A stretch of 64,000 nucleotides of DNA from Octopus sinensis (GCF_006345805.1 NC_043012.1:1364001-1428000); one strand, 5' to 3'; numbered from the stretch's first letter, positions 12,215-25,261 are shown. Notes: a model not told the origin generated them from the sequence alone. Numbers and translations: made by a program.

Positions 12215-12632
12215 TTACTCTTTTACTCTTTTACTCTTTTACTTGTTTCAGTCATTTGACTGCGGCCATGCTGGAGCGCCGCCTTTAATCGAGCAACTCG
12301 ACCCCGACTTATTCTTTTGTAAGCCCAGTACATTTCTATCGGTCTCTTTTCTGAACCGCTAAGTAACGGGGACATAAGCACACCAGCATCGTTGTCAAGC
12401 AATGCTAGAGGGACAAACACAGACACACAAACACACACACCACATATATATAATATATATACATATATACGACGGGCTTCTTTCAGTTTCTCTACCAAAT
12501 CCACTCACAAGGCTTTCGTCGGCCCGAGGCTATAGTAGAAGACACTTGCCCAAGGTGCCACGCAGTGGGAATGAACCCGGAACCATGCGGTTCGTAAGCA
12601 AGCTACTTACCACACAGCCACTCCTACGCCTA
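12215..12632 (-). mobile_element. SINE family A, full length
   Basis: Head at 12632; (AGTAAAAG)n tail at 12215-12245. Confidence 0.92.
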
Positions 12633-12693
12633 TTAATAAATAAATAATAAGGATAATAATAATAATAATAATAAAAATAATAATAACAATAAT

Positions 12694-12920
12694 TTATTTC
12701 TTTATTGCCTACAAGAAGCTACACACAGAGGGGATAAACAAGGACAGACGATGGGATTAATCTCGACTTCATCGAACCCAGTGCGTAACTGGTACTTATT
12801 TAATCGGCCCCGAAAGGATGAAAGGCAAAGTCGACCTCGGCATAATTTGAACTCAGAACGTAGCGGCAGACGAAATACTGCTAAGCATTTCGCCCGACGT
12901 GTTAAAGTTTCTCCTAACTC
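12694..12920 (-). mobile_element. SINE family B
   Basis: GAAAGGATGAAAGGCAAAGTCGACCTCGG core; tail ends in a (TAA)n tract. Confidence 0.85.
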
Positions 12921-13354
12921 TTTTATGCAAATGTACTTTTAGAGTTCCTTTCTAATAATTCTTCACTTCAATGTATAGCTATGCGTTGGTCCTAACAAAA
13001 TCAATGCCCAGGGACGTGTATTTGACAAATAGGATTTCAGCGAAGTGGGGAATTATAGCAAAAACGAATTTTAAAAGTGCATTTGCTTAACCAATATATA
13101 TATTCATTGAATTTTTAAAGAAACTTAAGAAGGAATAAAATCTGTAAATATAGAAAAAGATAAGACAAAAACAGTATCGTTTGCTATCATATAACACAAC
13201 AGTAGTTGCGGATTTGAGAACGTTCGATGTGAACGGAAATAAGTTGTAGAAATTTATATTTATTTTGTTGCATCTTACGCTTGTTTTATGTTTTCTCTGA
13301 GTATTTTGTGATCTAAGTTCTGGACTAAGGCACATTCTTGTTGATAATGAGGTT

Positions 13355-13415
13355 GTTGCTCTACAACAACAACAACAACAACTACTACTACTACTACTAC
13401 CACCACCACCATTAC

Positions 13416-13497
<82 letters not shown>

Positions 13498-13648
13498 GTT
13501 ATTATTATTATTGTTATTATTATTATTGTTATTATTATTATTATTATTATTATCATTATTATTATTATTGTTATCATTATTATTATTGTTGTTATTATTA
13601 TTATTATTATTGTTATTATTATTATTATAATTATTATTATTATTATTT
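13355..13648. repeat. (CAA)/(CTA)/(CAC)/(TTA)n compound trinucleotide repeat
   Basis: Directly visible. Confidence 0.95.
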
Positions 13649-14071
13649 GGGTGTCTCTTCCTGCTTTCTATGGTAACGCGGCTTAGAGAATTAGCGACGA
13701 AATCAAAATGGAGCGAATATATTTATAACAAGAATTACGGGAGCATACACACCAACGAGGCGTTATATTAAACCGCATCGATATAAATCGCTAAAGCTGC
13801 TTAAGGTAGAAGTTCTTACACAAATATAGTTCGTGCTAACTGATTGTTTTCTCAACGCAATAATCCTTCCTAGAATAAACAGGCAGTAATAAAACCATTG
13901 AGTATTTCGGTACCAGATTGCGAAGATTAACTTTCGAGGCATTAAGAACAGATTTTGGCTATATCTATATATACATACTTATAGATACGTGTATGTATGT
14001 ATTTATGTATGTACGTATCTATCTATCTATCTATGAATCTATTTATCTATCTATCTATGTATCTATCTTTC

Positions 14072-14138
<67 letters not shown>

Positions 14139-14247
14139 GTGTGTGTGGTGTGTGTGTATATATATATACATGCATTTAATATATACTGAATAATATAAAT
14201 GTATATATATATATATACATATCAATCTATATATATATATATATATA

Positions 14248-14279
<32 letters not shown>

Positions 14280-14698
14280 ATACATATATATAATATATAC
14301 GTACACACAACATACCATATGTATGTAGGCATGTATGTATGTATACACACGCATGTGGTTAGAAATCAACACGTAACGGTGCCTCATGGCGATATCTATA
14401 AGATGTATTCTGGATATTGCCGCAGGTTTTCGAGATTTGACATTCATACACATACATGCATATGTGTATGTGTGTTTGTGTGTGTGCGCGAGCGCGTATA
14501 CATATATAAAATTTATGTTACTGTAAATAAGTATCTTTCATATCATTAGAAGGGTGATCGAATACTTAATACACACACACATTTATATATATGTAATATA
14601 AGATATAGATGTACACATATACATATATACATCCATATATATATATCCACATACATACATTTAAATATATATATATATATATATATAAATATACATGC

Positions 14699-14736
<38 letters not shown>

Positions 14737-15338
14737 TTACATAAACGTATATGCTTGCATATACATTTATATGCGTATATGTCCGTGTCAGTGCATTTGC
14801 AATATATATATATAAATAATCCATATATGTTTGCGAGCATATCTACTCACATATATATCTATGTGTATACTAGACCGAATGAAATGTAGTTTGATATGGA
14901 TATGTGTATTTATAAACACAGATATGTTTTCATAATAAAAAATTGAAAAAATATATACAAATCAGTTAAGCAGATTTTAGGTTGGCTATGATAAGCTGTA
15001 GATCGATTTGAATTACACTGTACGTGGCTGAGTATCTCATAGACAAGTTTCCTCTTAACGTTATCCCTCAGCGTATCACAAACTATATCAAAATCTTCCT
15101 TTTAAAATTACAAGTATACGTTTTAACCGACGCTCTTCAACACATACTCTGCTATATAATTTCACTCACGAGGCCTGGTTATACTCGCCACAGTGAGAAA
15201 AGTCCCAAGATACCCAACCTGCTAGTTACTATGATTGAACTCGAGACCTAAAAGATTGTGATTTATTAATACTTCTTCATTTGCATACATGAATGCATAC
15301 ATACATACATAGTACATACATATGTATATATAATATAT

Positions 15339-15392
15339 ATGGCCACAGCTCATGAGCTGAAACTAGAATCAATCAATCAATCAATCAATCAA
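15339..15392 (+). mobile_element. Minimal 3'-end retrocopy of a CR1/SINE-A-type tail
   Basis: ATGGCCACAGCTCATGAGCTGAAACTAG followed by (AATC)n; same CATGGCC-hairpin-TGAAAC layout as SINE-A. Confidence 0.55.
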
Positions 15393-15483
15393 TATATATA
15401 TATATATATACAGAGAGAGATAGGTAGATAGATCTTTGTATAAATACACACACATACATACGCACACACACAACACATATATA

Positions 15484-15529
<46 letters not shown>

Positions 15530-15574
15530 GCAAATCCCAAACAAATAAACACAATGCGAAAATTGTGGTACATG

Positions 15575-15745
15575 TAATGTATCAGTAGACGCTCAGGAAG
15601 GAAAGAAAGTCGGTTTAAAGTTTCGAGCAGAGGCTCTTGTTCAGAAACAGAGGTAAGTCCAATAATAGGGAAGACAGAGAAAAAGAAAGGAAATCGTCAA
15701 CGATTCACCGAACCTTCTTCCTAGACTTTCATCCTTGGAAATTTC
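15575..15745 (-). mobile_element. Possible Penelope-like terminal fragment
   Basis: Minus strand GCTCGAAACTTT...TTTCCTTCCTGAGCGTC, similar to 32755-32870. Confidence 0.3.
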
Positions 15746-15781
15746 ATTTCCATATATATATGTATGTATGTATATATATAT

Positions 15782-15816
<35 letters not shown>

Positions 15817-15817
15817 T

Positions 15818-16776
15818 ATGGCTGCCCCCTCGTATCGAGTATGGCCGTTGCACTGTTACTGGTGCTGTGATCGAATGTGACTTTTTAGCCCAGCTAAAGA
15901 TCTACAATGTCTTGTACAAAATTGGCAACTAAGACCTTTCGTGGTAATAGCCGGCTGTAGTTGTAACTGGGCTTCATGTACCTTTGTATGTCGTTTAAGT
16001 CTTCCTGCCGAATTACACTCTCTTCCACATGCCCGACAGATATGATTAGTATGGTGTGTTACACCACCACCAGTGGCCAGGTTGTCACTCATCTGTCTCG
16101 TTTTATGACTACGAAGATGACTCATGAGTCCAGCTTTACTGAGGCAGGGTCTTGCACAGACATTGCATGTCAGAATCAAAGGAAGACCCTTCCCTTCTGG
16201 AAGTGTAACAGCGATGCCCTTCCTAACATCCCTCCTTACAACTCGAGATTTCTCAAACGTGGCTGTCCCCTCATGCGCAATCCTTCTTCGCCTGCTACGA
16301 TCAATAGCTATGCCTTCCATGTGTCAGGAAAGATGCAAAGATGCAAGCATCTCTTAAGGAAGCCTTCAGCAAGTCCTTATACATCTTTTTTAGTTTATGT
16401 GGAGGTCGTTCTCCTTCAGCAAACTCTCCATTAAAGAGTTGTTTTGGCATCCTTGAATCCTTCATTCTGACCAGATGACCACTCCATCTGAGCCTTTGCT
16501 TTAACACAAGAGCTTCTATACTTACACGCCGAGAGCCTTCGAGTATTTCAAGATCACTGATGCGGTCCTTCCACTTAATGCTATAGATCCGTCTGAGGCA
16601 CATCTGATGGAAACGTTCCAGATGTTTAAGTGGTATCGATATGACCCACGTCTCGCAGGCATAGAGAAGAGAAGGGAGCACACATGCCTTGAACACCTTT
16701 ATCTACGTCTTTCTGCATATGTCTCGCCGACTCCAGAGGCGCTTTTCTAGCCTTCCGAAAGCAACACTTGCTTTCC
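15818..16776 (-). mobile_element. RTE (BovB-like) LINE 3' fragment, frameshifted, ending in three C2H2 zinc fingers
   Basis: ASVAFGRL, VLPSLLYACETW, LERFHQMCLRRI, QRLRWSGHLVRM are RTE C-terminal motifs; 3' UTR GGCCATACTCGATACGAGGGGGCAGCC. Confidence 0.9.
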
Positions 16777-17148
16777 TATATATATATAATATATATATAA
16801 TATATATATATATACATATATATATAAATCAATGCTGATTAAAAGTTATCTACATTTTGAAATTCAAAGAGCATAAGTAACCGCATGGGTACAAGCCTCA
16901 CACATATGCTGCCAAGTTTCATCAAGATTGGTTGGATAGTCTCGGAGGAGTTAAAGTAACAAATTCACAACACACACACAGAGCCACAAACAGACACAAA
17001 TTGCCATTTATGTATACATACACACACATACACACACACACCACATACACATATATACCCATATATATCTGTGTGTGTATATATATATATATATTATATG
17101 TATGTATGTATGTATATATATATGTATGTATGTATGTATATATATATA

Positions 17149-17228
<80 letters not shown>

Positions 17229-17777
17229 TATGTGAAAAGATGAAGAATAATCTTGTAGTATTTTTTAATCAACAGTTTAACCGATACCTTAGTAGCAAAA
17301 ATCACAGCAGTAAACAGCACGGTTGGAGGTACAACCATCTGGCGTTGCAACCGTGCGTTGGTGCGGATAATTGAAATAGCCTTTAAGATATCTACGATTG
17401 ACCACTGCAAGGGGAATTACTCATGTAAGACAAACGGGGCTTGGTTTTTTTCACAGCGGGGGGTTTCCTTGACAAGGTAGGCTTAGATGAACACACACAC
17501 ACATAAAACATAATAATAATATATAAAATTTTTATTTTTTTTCTTTCTGCCACCCACGGTTATCACGGCAGTAGCCACTGACAGCCGAACGATCAAACGC
17601 ACACACGTACACAAAAAATGTTTTCTACCCCTACGCCAACACACACATATATAGAAACAGTATACACACACCACACGTCTCTAAGTAGATTTTTTCTCGC
17701 CACTTATAAAACATCCAATATTCTTTAAATAGTCAGATCTTTATTCTCGGTCACAAAGAACATCTATACACCCTCAC

Positions 17778-17939
17778 CCACATGATTGACCGATGACTGA
17801 CCCGTTGAATTCTTCAGCCACCGGTTCTCAACATACACTGATAAACAGTTTCGCCATGGGCTCTTAGGAGCACAGTTCGATTTGTTTTTTTCTCCCCTCT
17901 GTTCTGTTTTTGTTTTTCCAACGGATTTCCTTTTTCTTC
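17778..17939 (-). other. Candidate spliced exon (162 bp) of an unidentified transcript
   Basis: Acceptor TTGTGTCTTTCTCTTCAG|G, donor TGG|GTGAGG, length divisible by 3, one frame open; no homology recognised. Confidence 0.35.
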
Positions 17940-18074
17940 CTGAAGAGAAAGACACAATATGGTCCCATTATTCAATCGGATTTTGGTAATTTGTGCCTTT
18001 CGAAACACGTGTAGAATGAAATAAAACGATTCCTGTTCAATCTGCGTTCAGCCCCATTTCTTCAATCCACCAAT

Positions 18075-18140
<66 letters not shown>

Positions 18141-18575
18141 CAAATGAAAGATAGAAGATGGAATATACGATAATATGTTATTAATCACAACAATTGTGTC
18201 GACACATCTAGCATCGACTCCTCTTGTGGGACACACAACTGTTTCAAGAGTATCCGGTGGTGCAGACGCATATATAGCTGTTATTAACGAGGGCGGCAGT
18301 ATACCTGTATATCCCTAACGCGCAATTAATGTAAGAAAGCAAAAGTCTTGTAGCATTCGCCTTGGGATATCATGTAGAATGGACGCATAATAACAAAAAT
18401 GAATGAAAAATATCAGCAGACAAAAAAAGGTTCAGCATCGGCGGAGGAACACTCACAGCGTGGACTTCTTTCTAGTTGTGCAGTATCAACTATCAAAACA
18501 GATTCTGCAATACTGTGGCCATCTTACGGCAAAATCACGTTAAATAAGCTATACACGATGCTATATCTGTCTGTA

Positions 18576-18658
<83 letters not shown>

Positions 18659-18666
18659 ATCTATTA

Positions 18667-18720
<54 letters not shown>

Positions 18721-18777
18721 CTATCTATCTATCTATCTATCTATCATCTTCTATCTTCAATCATCTATCTATCTATC

Positions 18778-19945
18778 TTCTCCATGACCGAACTACAGTC
18801 GTGGATCAAAAAAGAGGCCGAAGAAGGGCGAATGGCACCGCGAGTGTCGCGTTGCTCTCAAGCAACTCTGCCGTCCCGGGTCGACCTTGAGTGACTTCAC
18901 AACACAACCAAAGCATTCTATAGGGGATTAGTGAGGGGAGGTACGACGACGAGCTCGGGGCAAACCTGGGCGTCGACGAGGAATACCTGACCCGCCTTTT
19001 TCAAAACGACTTTCGGCGGCCGGGACTATGGACAACTTCCAGAGATCCCTGGCCTGGCGGTGCTACCGAGAAGCGCTACCCGTTCGGGATAAGCTCTATA
19101 GGCATGGCTCGAGAAACACGGGGCCGACCTGCCCGAGATGCAGCAGAGCGACGAAAACCGCTCTGCACGCAATCGTGCAGTGTCCAGCAATTTCCCACCT
19201 GTGGGCTTATGTCGACGACTGCTGTCACGTGTGGGACGTGTCGGTTTATCAGCCGAGTCTATCGTTAATATCGTCACGCCTCCTTCCTTCAAACGGAAGG
19301 AAGAGCTTTTTTATCATACTTGTGGCTATGGCGAAATAATGTATCTGGTGGACGCGTCTGAAAGGATTAGAGACAAAACACTTTCCTCTCTGGTCAATCT
19401 CTCATCAACTTCTATTCAGTATCACTTGAAGAAAAAAGTGAGAGTAGAGAGGCAAGTTTTGTCTAGTGAATGTTTTAAAAAGATGGGTGAATGTAGCAAG
19501 GATGGCACGTATGAATGACGAAGCCACCTTGACTATGATTCTATGACCGTAAAAATTATACAGAGAGTTGCTTGTTTGCAAAAAAAAAAAAAAAGAAATA
19601 TAACATGTGACTTCATTGACCGAGGTTACCGTGGTCTTTTCCGTAGCTTTTCTTTCCACGGCTAAACCTCACCTGTCGTCCCCTTTACACTTCATATTGA
19701 CATTTCTGTGATAACGATCCCTATTGATCAATTTTTTCCTCTCCCCCTTTTTTTTTTTAACCGCCCCCTTTTTTTTGTCCTCTTTCTCTCCTTTTACGAT
19801 CCCTTTGATCGACCCCCCCCTTTTTTTATTTTATTTTTATTTTATTTTTTAATTTTAATTTTTTTTATTTTTTAAACTTCAAAAGAAAAGCTCTACCTTG
19901 TAATTTGTTCTATCTGTGTGCAGCCCTATGTGCTAATAAGAAACA
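18778..19945 (+). mobile_element. L1/Tx1-clade LINE 3' fragment with pyrimidine-rich 3' UTR
   Basis: DNFQRSLAWRCYREALPVRDKLYRHG...CPRC...TALHAIVQCPAISHLW is the zf-RVT-type CCHC region of L1/Tx1 ORF2; several frameshifts. Confidence 0.82.
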
Positions 19946-19953
19946 TATCATCT

Positions 19954-20055
<102 letters not shown>

Positions 20056-20248
20056 ATATCTATCTATCCTTCTATCTATCTTCTGTCTGTCTGTCTGTCT
20101 GTCTGCTTGTTCGTCTGCCTATCCGTCTGTCTCGCCATCTGCCTGTCTTCTGTCTCTTTCTCTGTGTGCTTGTCTGTCAGTCTGGTTGTGTGTTTACTAT
20201 GCATGTATGTTTTATGTGTGTGAGTGTACATGTAAATCGCTGTCTGTC

Positions 20249-20365
<117 letters not shown>

Positions 20366-20440
20366 ATATTATATAGATATTTATAAATATGTATGTGTAT
20401 AATATATATATATATATATAATATATATATATTATATATA

Positions 20441-20471
<31 letters not shown>

Positions 20472-21481
20472 ATATCATATATATATATATATGTAGATAT
20501 ATATGTATATTTAAATATATATGTATATATACATATATATATATTATCGTATGTATGCATGTATATATATATATATATATTCTTATATATATATATATAT
20601 ATATATTATATACCCCACATGCATCTATATTTAAAGCAATAGGTACATATGAAGCAGCCGCTGCATATTTTCTATAGATTTTTTTTATTCATAATTATCA
20701 AATAGGATGATTAGAGAGTGCACAGCTTTAAAAATTAAATCCCTATCAAATCCTCGTAAATTATCCCATTTAAATCGTCGCCATCTGTTTCGTAATATAA
20801 TTGAGCATAAATTATTGAATGAATAATAAATTATAAAACTACAAAAGCTTAAGGTAATTACGTAAATATTTGTAATAGAAATTGGGAGATACTTTAAAGA
20901 CATTGTGCATGTATGCACTATTTCGGGCAAATAATATTGTGGTTAATTACCCATTAACCGATGTCGTTAATGCGCAAAAAATTTACGACTGCAAATTCGA
21001 AGGTCTAAGATATCAGAAATATTACTTTTCAGGTACTTACTGTGTTCATAAAATGAAGACTAATGATGGCATTGAGAGATCTGAAGGGAATGTGGCAATC
21101 AAAGACAACATTTATCGGAGTGGTAATTATTGCGCTTGGCACAAAACCCGAAATGCTATCTTAAGCTTGAAAGTCATTGTAACTGAAACACAGAAAAGTA
21201 CCACCCAATATTCTGTATGAATCCAAAGAAAAATTCTTGATTTAGGGAAATTTATTTTTCAGCAAAATTCTTGATGACATTCCTGCTAATTAAATTAGCA
21301 TCTTGAACAAAATGGATCATGGGTCCTTCCCGATACATAAGGCCAATTTTCCCGGTTGTGTGCCATATATATTAAGAACCGGAAGCTGGTCAGTTAGAGT
21401 GGGCTTACATTTTTGTGCCAGTTGAGTGAACCTGAGCGACGTGAAATGAAGGAATCGAAACCACAATATTAGCTAGTAATG

Positions 21482-21539
<58 letters not shown>

Positions 21540-21564
21540 GTGTGATGATGACGACGACGATGAT

Positions 21565-21762
21565 GACGATGATTTCAAATTTTGGCACAGGGCCAGTAAT
21601 TTCGCGGGAGGTGTAAGTCGATTACATTGACCTCAGTACTCAATTGGTACATATTTTATCGATCCTGTTATAGGATGAAAGGCACAATCGAACACGTCAA
21701 CATTTGAACTCAGAAAGTGAAAATGGACGAAATGCCGCTAATCATTCTGCCAGCTCACCACT
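21565..21762 (-). mobile_element. SINE family B with a variant tail
   Basis: GGATGAAAGGCA core, TTTGAACTCAGAA, tail CCTGTGCCAAAATTTGAAA. Confidence 0.75.
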
Positions 21763-21778
21763 TGAAATAATAATAATA

Positions 21779-21850
<72 letters not shown>

Positions 21851-22311
21851 GATGGGCTACAGCAAATATTCTGCTCAATACCACAGATTTGCTTGTCCGT
21901 TGTTTGACCTACACCAGTTGAGCATGACCCTTAGTGGCTGACGATATGTGCATCTCTGATCATGAGCAGAAGTAGTGGGGGAGCATCATAGCCATGTGTT
22001 GAGAGGGATTCTTTGGGGTTTGAATAATTCACCTATGGAAACATGGGTGGTTTTTTCAACATCCTTAAATAACCTTTATTCAGGGACCTTTTGAGCGGGA
22101 TGGGCTACTCAACCTGAAGAAATTTTTAACTGGGCCCCACCTGCAAGGTCATGTGCTGTTTATCTTGATATGAGATCACCATGTCGCGCACATATGGTTG
22201 TGATGCATGTGCCTGGTGTACCCTTATCAGACGGGTAGTCATGTTGGGTATATTGGGCTTCGTATATTTTACCCCAGTGTCACTTTGATGACATGAACTG
22301 CTCTCTCACTC
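21851..22311 (+). mobile_element. Unclassified (TAA)n-embedded interspersed repeat, copy 1 (5'-truncated)
   Basis: About 90% identical to 22599-23053; flanked by (TAA)n on both sides. Confidence 0.8.
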
Positions 22312-22344
22312 AATAATAATAATAATAAAAATGATAATAATATA

Positions 22345-22394
<50 letters not shown>

Positions 22395-22431
22395 TTATAA
22401 TTAAATGATAATAATAATAATAATAATAATA

Positions 22432-22472
<41 letters not shown>

Positions 22473-22506
22473 TAATAATATAAAATAATAATAATAATAA
22501 TAATAA

Positions 22507-23053
22507 TGCCCTGATGCAGTACCGGCAGTGGCTCTCATGGCTTCTGATCTTAAATGATTGGAAGTGTTATCAGTACATCGTTTTGTCTTGGTATAAAAGA
22601 TGGGCTACAGCAAATATACTGCTCAATACCACAGATTTACTTGTCAGTTGTTTGACCTTAACCAGTTGAGCATGTCCCTTAGTGTCTGACGATAGTGCAT
22701 CTCTGATCACGAGTAGAAGTAGTGGGGAGCATCATAGTCATGTGTTGAGAGGGATCTTTTGGGTTTGAATAATTCACTCTCTGGAAACATGGGTGGTCTT
22801 TCAACATCCTTAAACAACCCTTATTCAGGAACCTTTTGAGCGGGATGGGCTACAACCTGAAGAAAATTCTAAATGGGCTCACCTGCAAGGTCATGTGCTG
22901 TTTATCTTGATATGAGATCACCATGTCGCGCACATATGGTTGTGATGCATATGCCTGGTGTACTCATATCAGACGGGTAGTCATGATGGGTATACTGGGC
23001 TTCGTATATTTTACCCTAGTGTCACTTTGATGGCATGAACTGCTCTCTCACTC
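22507..23053 (+). mobile_element. Unclassified (TAA)n-embedded interspersed repeat, copy 2 (~550 bp)
   Basis: Same 3' end as copy 1 (CTGCTCTCTCACTC-(AAT)n) with ~92 bp more at the 5' end; no ORF. Confidence 0.8.
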
Positions 23054-23126
<73 letters not shown>

Positions 23127-23128
<2 letters not shown>

Positions 23129-24140
23129 GTGGTCCAGAAGAAAGGGTGGTAGAAGTTTGACCAATTGCCAGGACTGGATCGAAGCAGAGAGAAACAGCTT
23201 AGGATGGTATATAAAAAATGCTGTGGAGCCACTTTTGTAACACATGAAGAAGGCTGGCGTCATCAAAACTGAGAATTGTGTAACTAAAAAAACAAGAAAT
23301 GAACAAAAAAGAAGAAAAATTAAGGGAGGAAATGTACGCCCAAGAGATATGAAGGCTAAAAAGAATACAGGGAACTATGGATGGGGAAGTCTGACCTGAA
23401 GAGAGATACAGAAGCACTCATATGCGCAGCTCAGGAAGAGGCTTTAAGGACCAATTACAGGAAGTGCAAAATTGACAACACTACCGATAGCGACAAATGC
23501 AGAATGTGTGGTGAGAGAGGTGAAACGTTATGGCACATCGTTAGCAAATGCCCGAAATTGGCACAAATCGAATACAAAAGACGCCATGACAATGTGGCAA
23601 GAATGATCCATTGGGAGCGCTGTGGAAATCACGGCCTACAAAGAACAAAGACGTGGTATCAACAAACACCAGAAGGAGTAACCGAAAATGAGAATTGCAA
23701 AATTCTGTCGGATGTAATGCGACCACGTGACCAGATATAGTAAATCGGAAATTGTTGTGGTGAATAAAAAAAAAAGATGTATGATAATCGACATAGAATT
23801 CCCCGGTGACAACACAATTAATGAGAAAGAAGAAGAAAAAAATAAACAACTATGACGGTTTATAGTAGGAAATAGGAAGGTTGTGGTCAAAGAGGAGAGT
23901 AGGCCTGATACCAGCAGTAATTGGTGCACTTGGAAGTATGAGGACTCAATTACCAACATGGCTGAAAAACATTGGTGCATGTGTGAAAGTAGAACACCTG
24001 CAAATATCAGCAAAGCCTGGAACTACAAGAGTTCTTCGCAGGGTTCTTGAAGCACGACCAGCAAAACAATTCTACTGGCTGTGAATAGCTGACACTTTCG
24101 ATCGTACCCCAGGAAAATAAGCTATGAGATTTCATACATT
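23127..24140 (+). mobile_element. R4/Dong-like non-LTR retrotransposon 3' fragment (CCHC + REL endonuclease)
   Basis: LKRDTEALICAAQEEALRTN, CRMCGERGETLWHIVSKC, YKRRHDNVA, IIDI, PAVIGALG, TTRVLRRVLE; flanked by (TAA)n and (CAA)(TAA)n. Confidence 0.85.
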
Positions 24141-24174
<34 letters not shown>

Positions 24175-24176
24175 GC

Positions 24177-24236
<60 letters not shown>

Positions 24237-24650
24237 GAGAGAGTGGCAGAGTCAGGGACTAGCAAATCCCTTTGGGATTTCCCAATCGAAACTGATCAGG
24301 TAGCAGATCATAACAGACCAACAAGCTTGAAGTGGTCATTAAGGGCTGGAAGGGTCACTGGAGTATAATTTATTGATATTACATGAACTTCCGTGAGGAA
24401 CACTTTCTTAAAAATCAAAGATAGCTGCAAAGGCGCGGAGATCGAAATCAAGAGTATGTAGAACACGAATATGTTGGTAATATATTTGGGGTTATTGGAG
24501 CAATAGGACTCTTGAAGTAGGGAACGGAAATGTCACACAACCGTATACTGGGAAGCATCAACATCTGTGCAGTGCAGTGGGTCACAGTAGTTGCATTGGC
24601 TCAAACGCTACAGAAAGCAACTTCAATAAAGTGATAGCTTAGATATCAGA
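24237..24650 (+). mobile_element. Degenerate REL-type retrotransposon fragment
   Basis: LWDFPIETDQVADHNRP...IDIT...VIGAIG motifs across broken frames, directly after (TAA)n. Confidence 0.55.
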
Positions 24651-24768
24651 GAGATTGCCTGGAAGAATGGAAGCTATATTATTACAGACATACTAAAATT
24701 AAGAGGAGACCTAAAACAATAAAGGTTGAAAATGATATACAAAAGTTGTATAGTAGCAAGCAATTCAT

Positions 24769-24810
<42 letters not shown>

Positions 24811-24853
24811 GCGTACGTGTATGTAAATGCGTGCGAGTGCTTAATATCAACAT

Positions 24854-25261
24854 AGGCGCAGGAGTGGCTGTGTGGTAAGTAGCTTGCTAACCAGCCACAT
24901 GGTTCCGGGTTCAATCCCACTGCGTGGCATCTTGGGCAAGTGTCTTCTGCTATAGCCCCGGGCCGACCAATGCCTTGTGAGTGGATTTGGTAGACGGAAA
25001 CTGAAAGAAGCCTGTCGTATATATGTTTATATATATATATATATATGTATGTGTGTTTGAGTGTCTGTGTTTGTTCCCCTAGCATTGCTTGACAACCGAT
25101 GCTGGTGTGTTTACGTCCCCGTAACTTAGCGGTTCAGCAAAAAGAGACCGATAGAATAAGTACTGGGCTTACAAAAAGAATAAGTCCCGGGGTCGAGTTG
25201 CTCGACTAAAGGCGGTGCTCCCGCATGGCCGCAGTCAAATGACTGAAACAAGTAAAAGAGT
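24854..25261 (+). mobile_element. SINE family A, full length
   Basis: AGGCGCAGGAGTGGCTGTGTGG head through GACTGAAACAAGTAAAAGAG tail. Confidence 0.93.
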
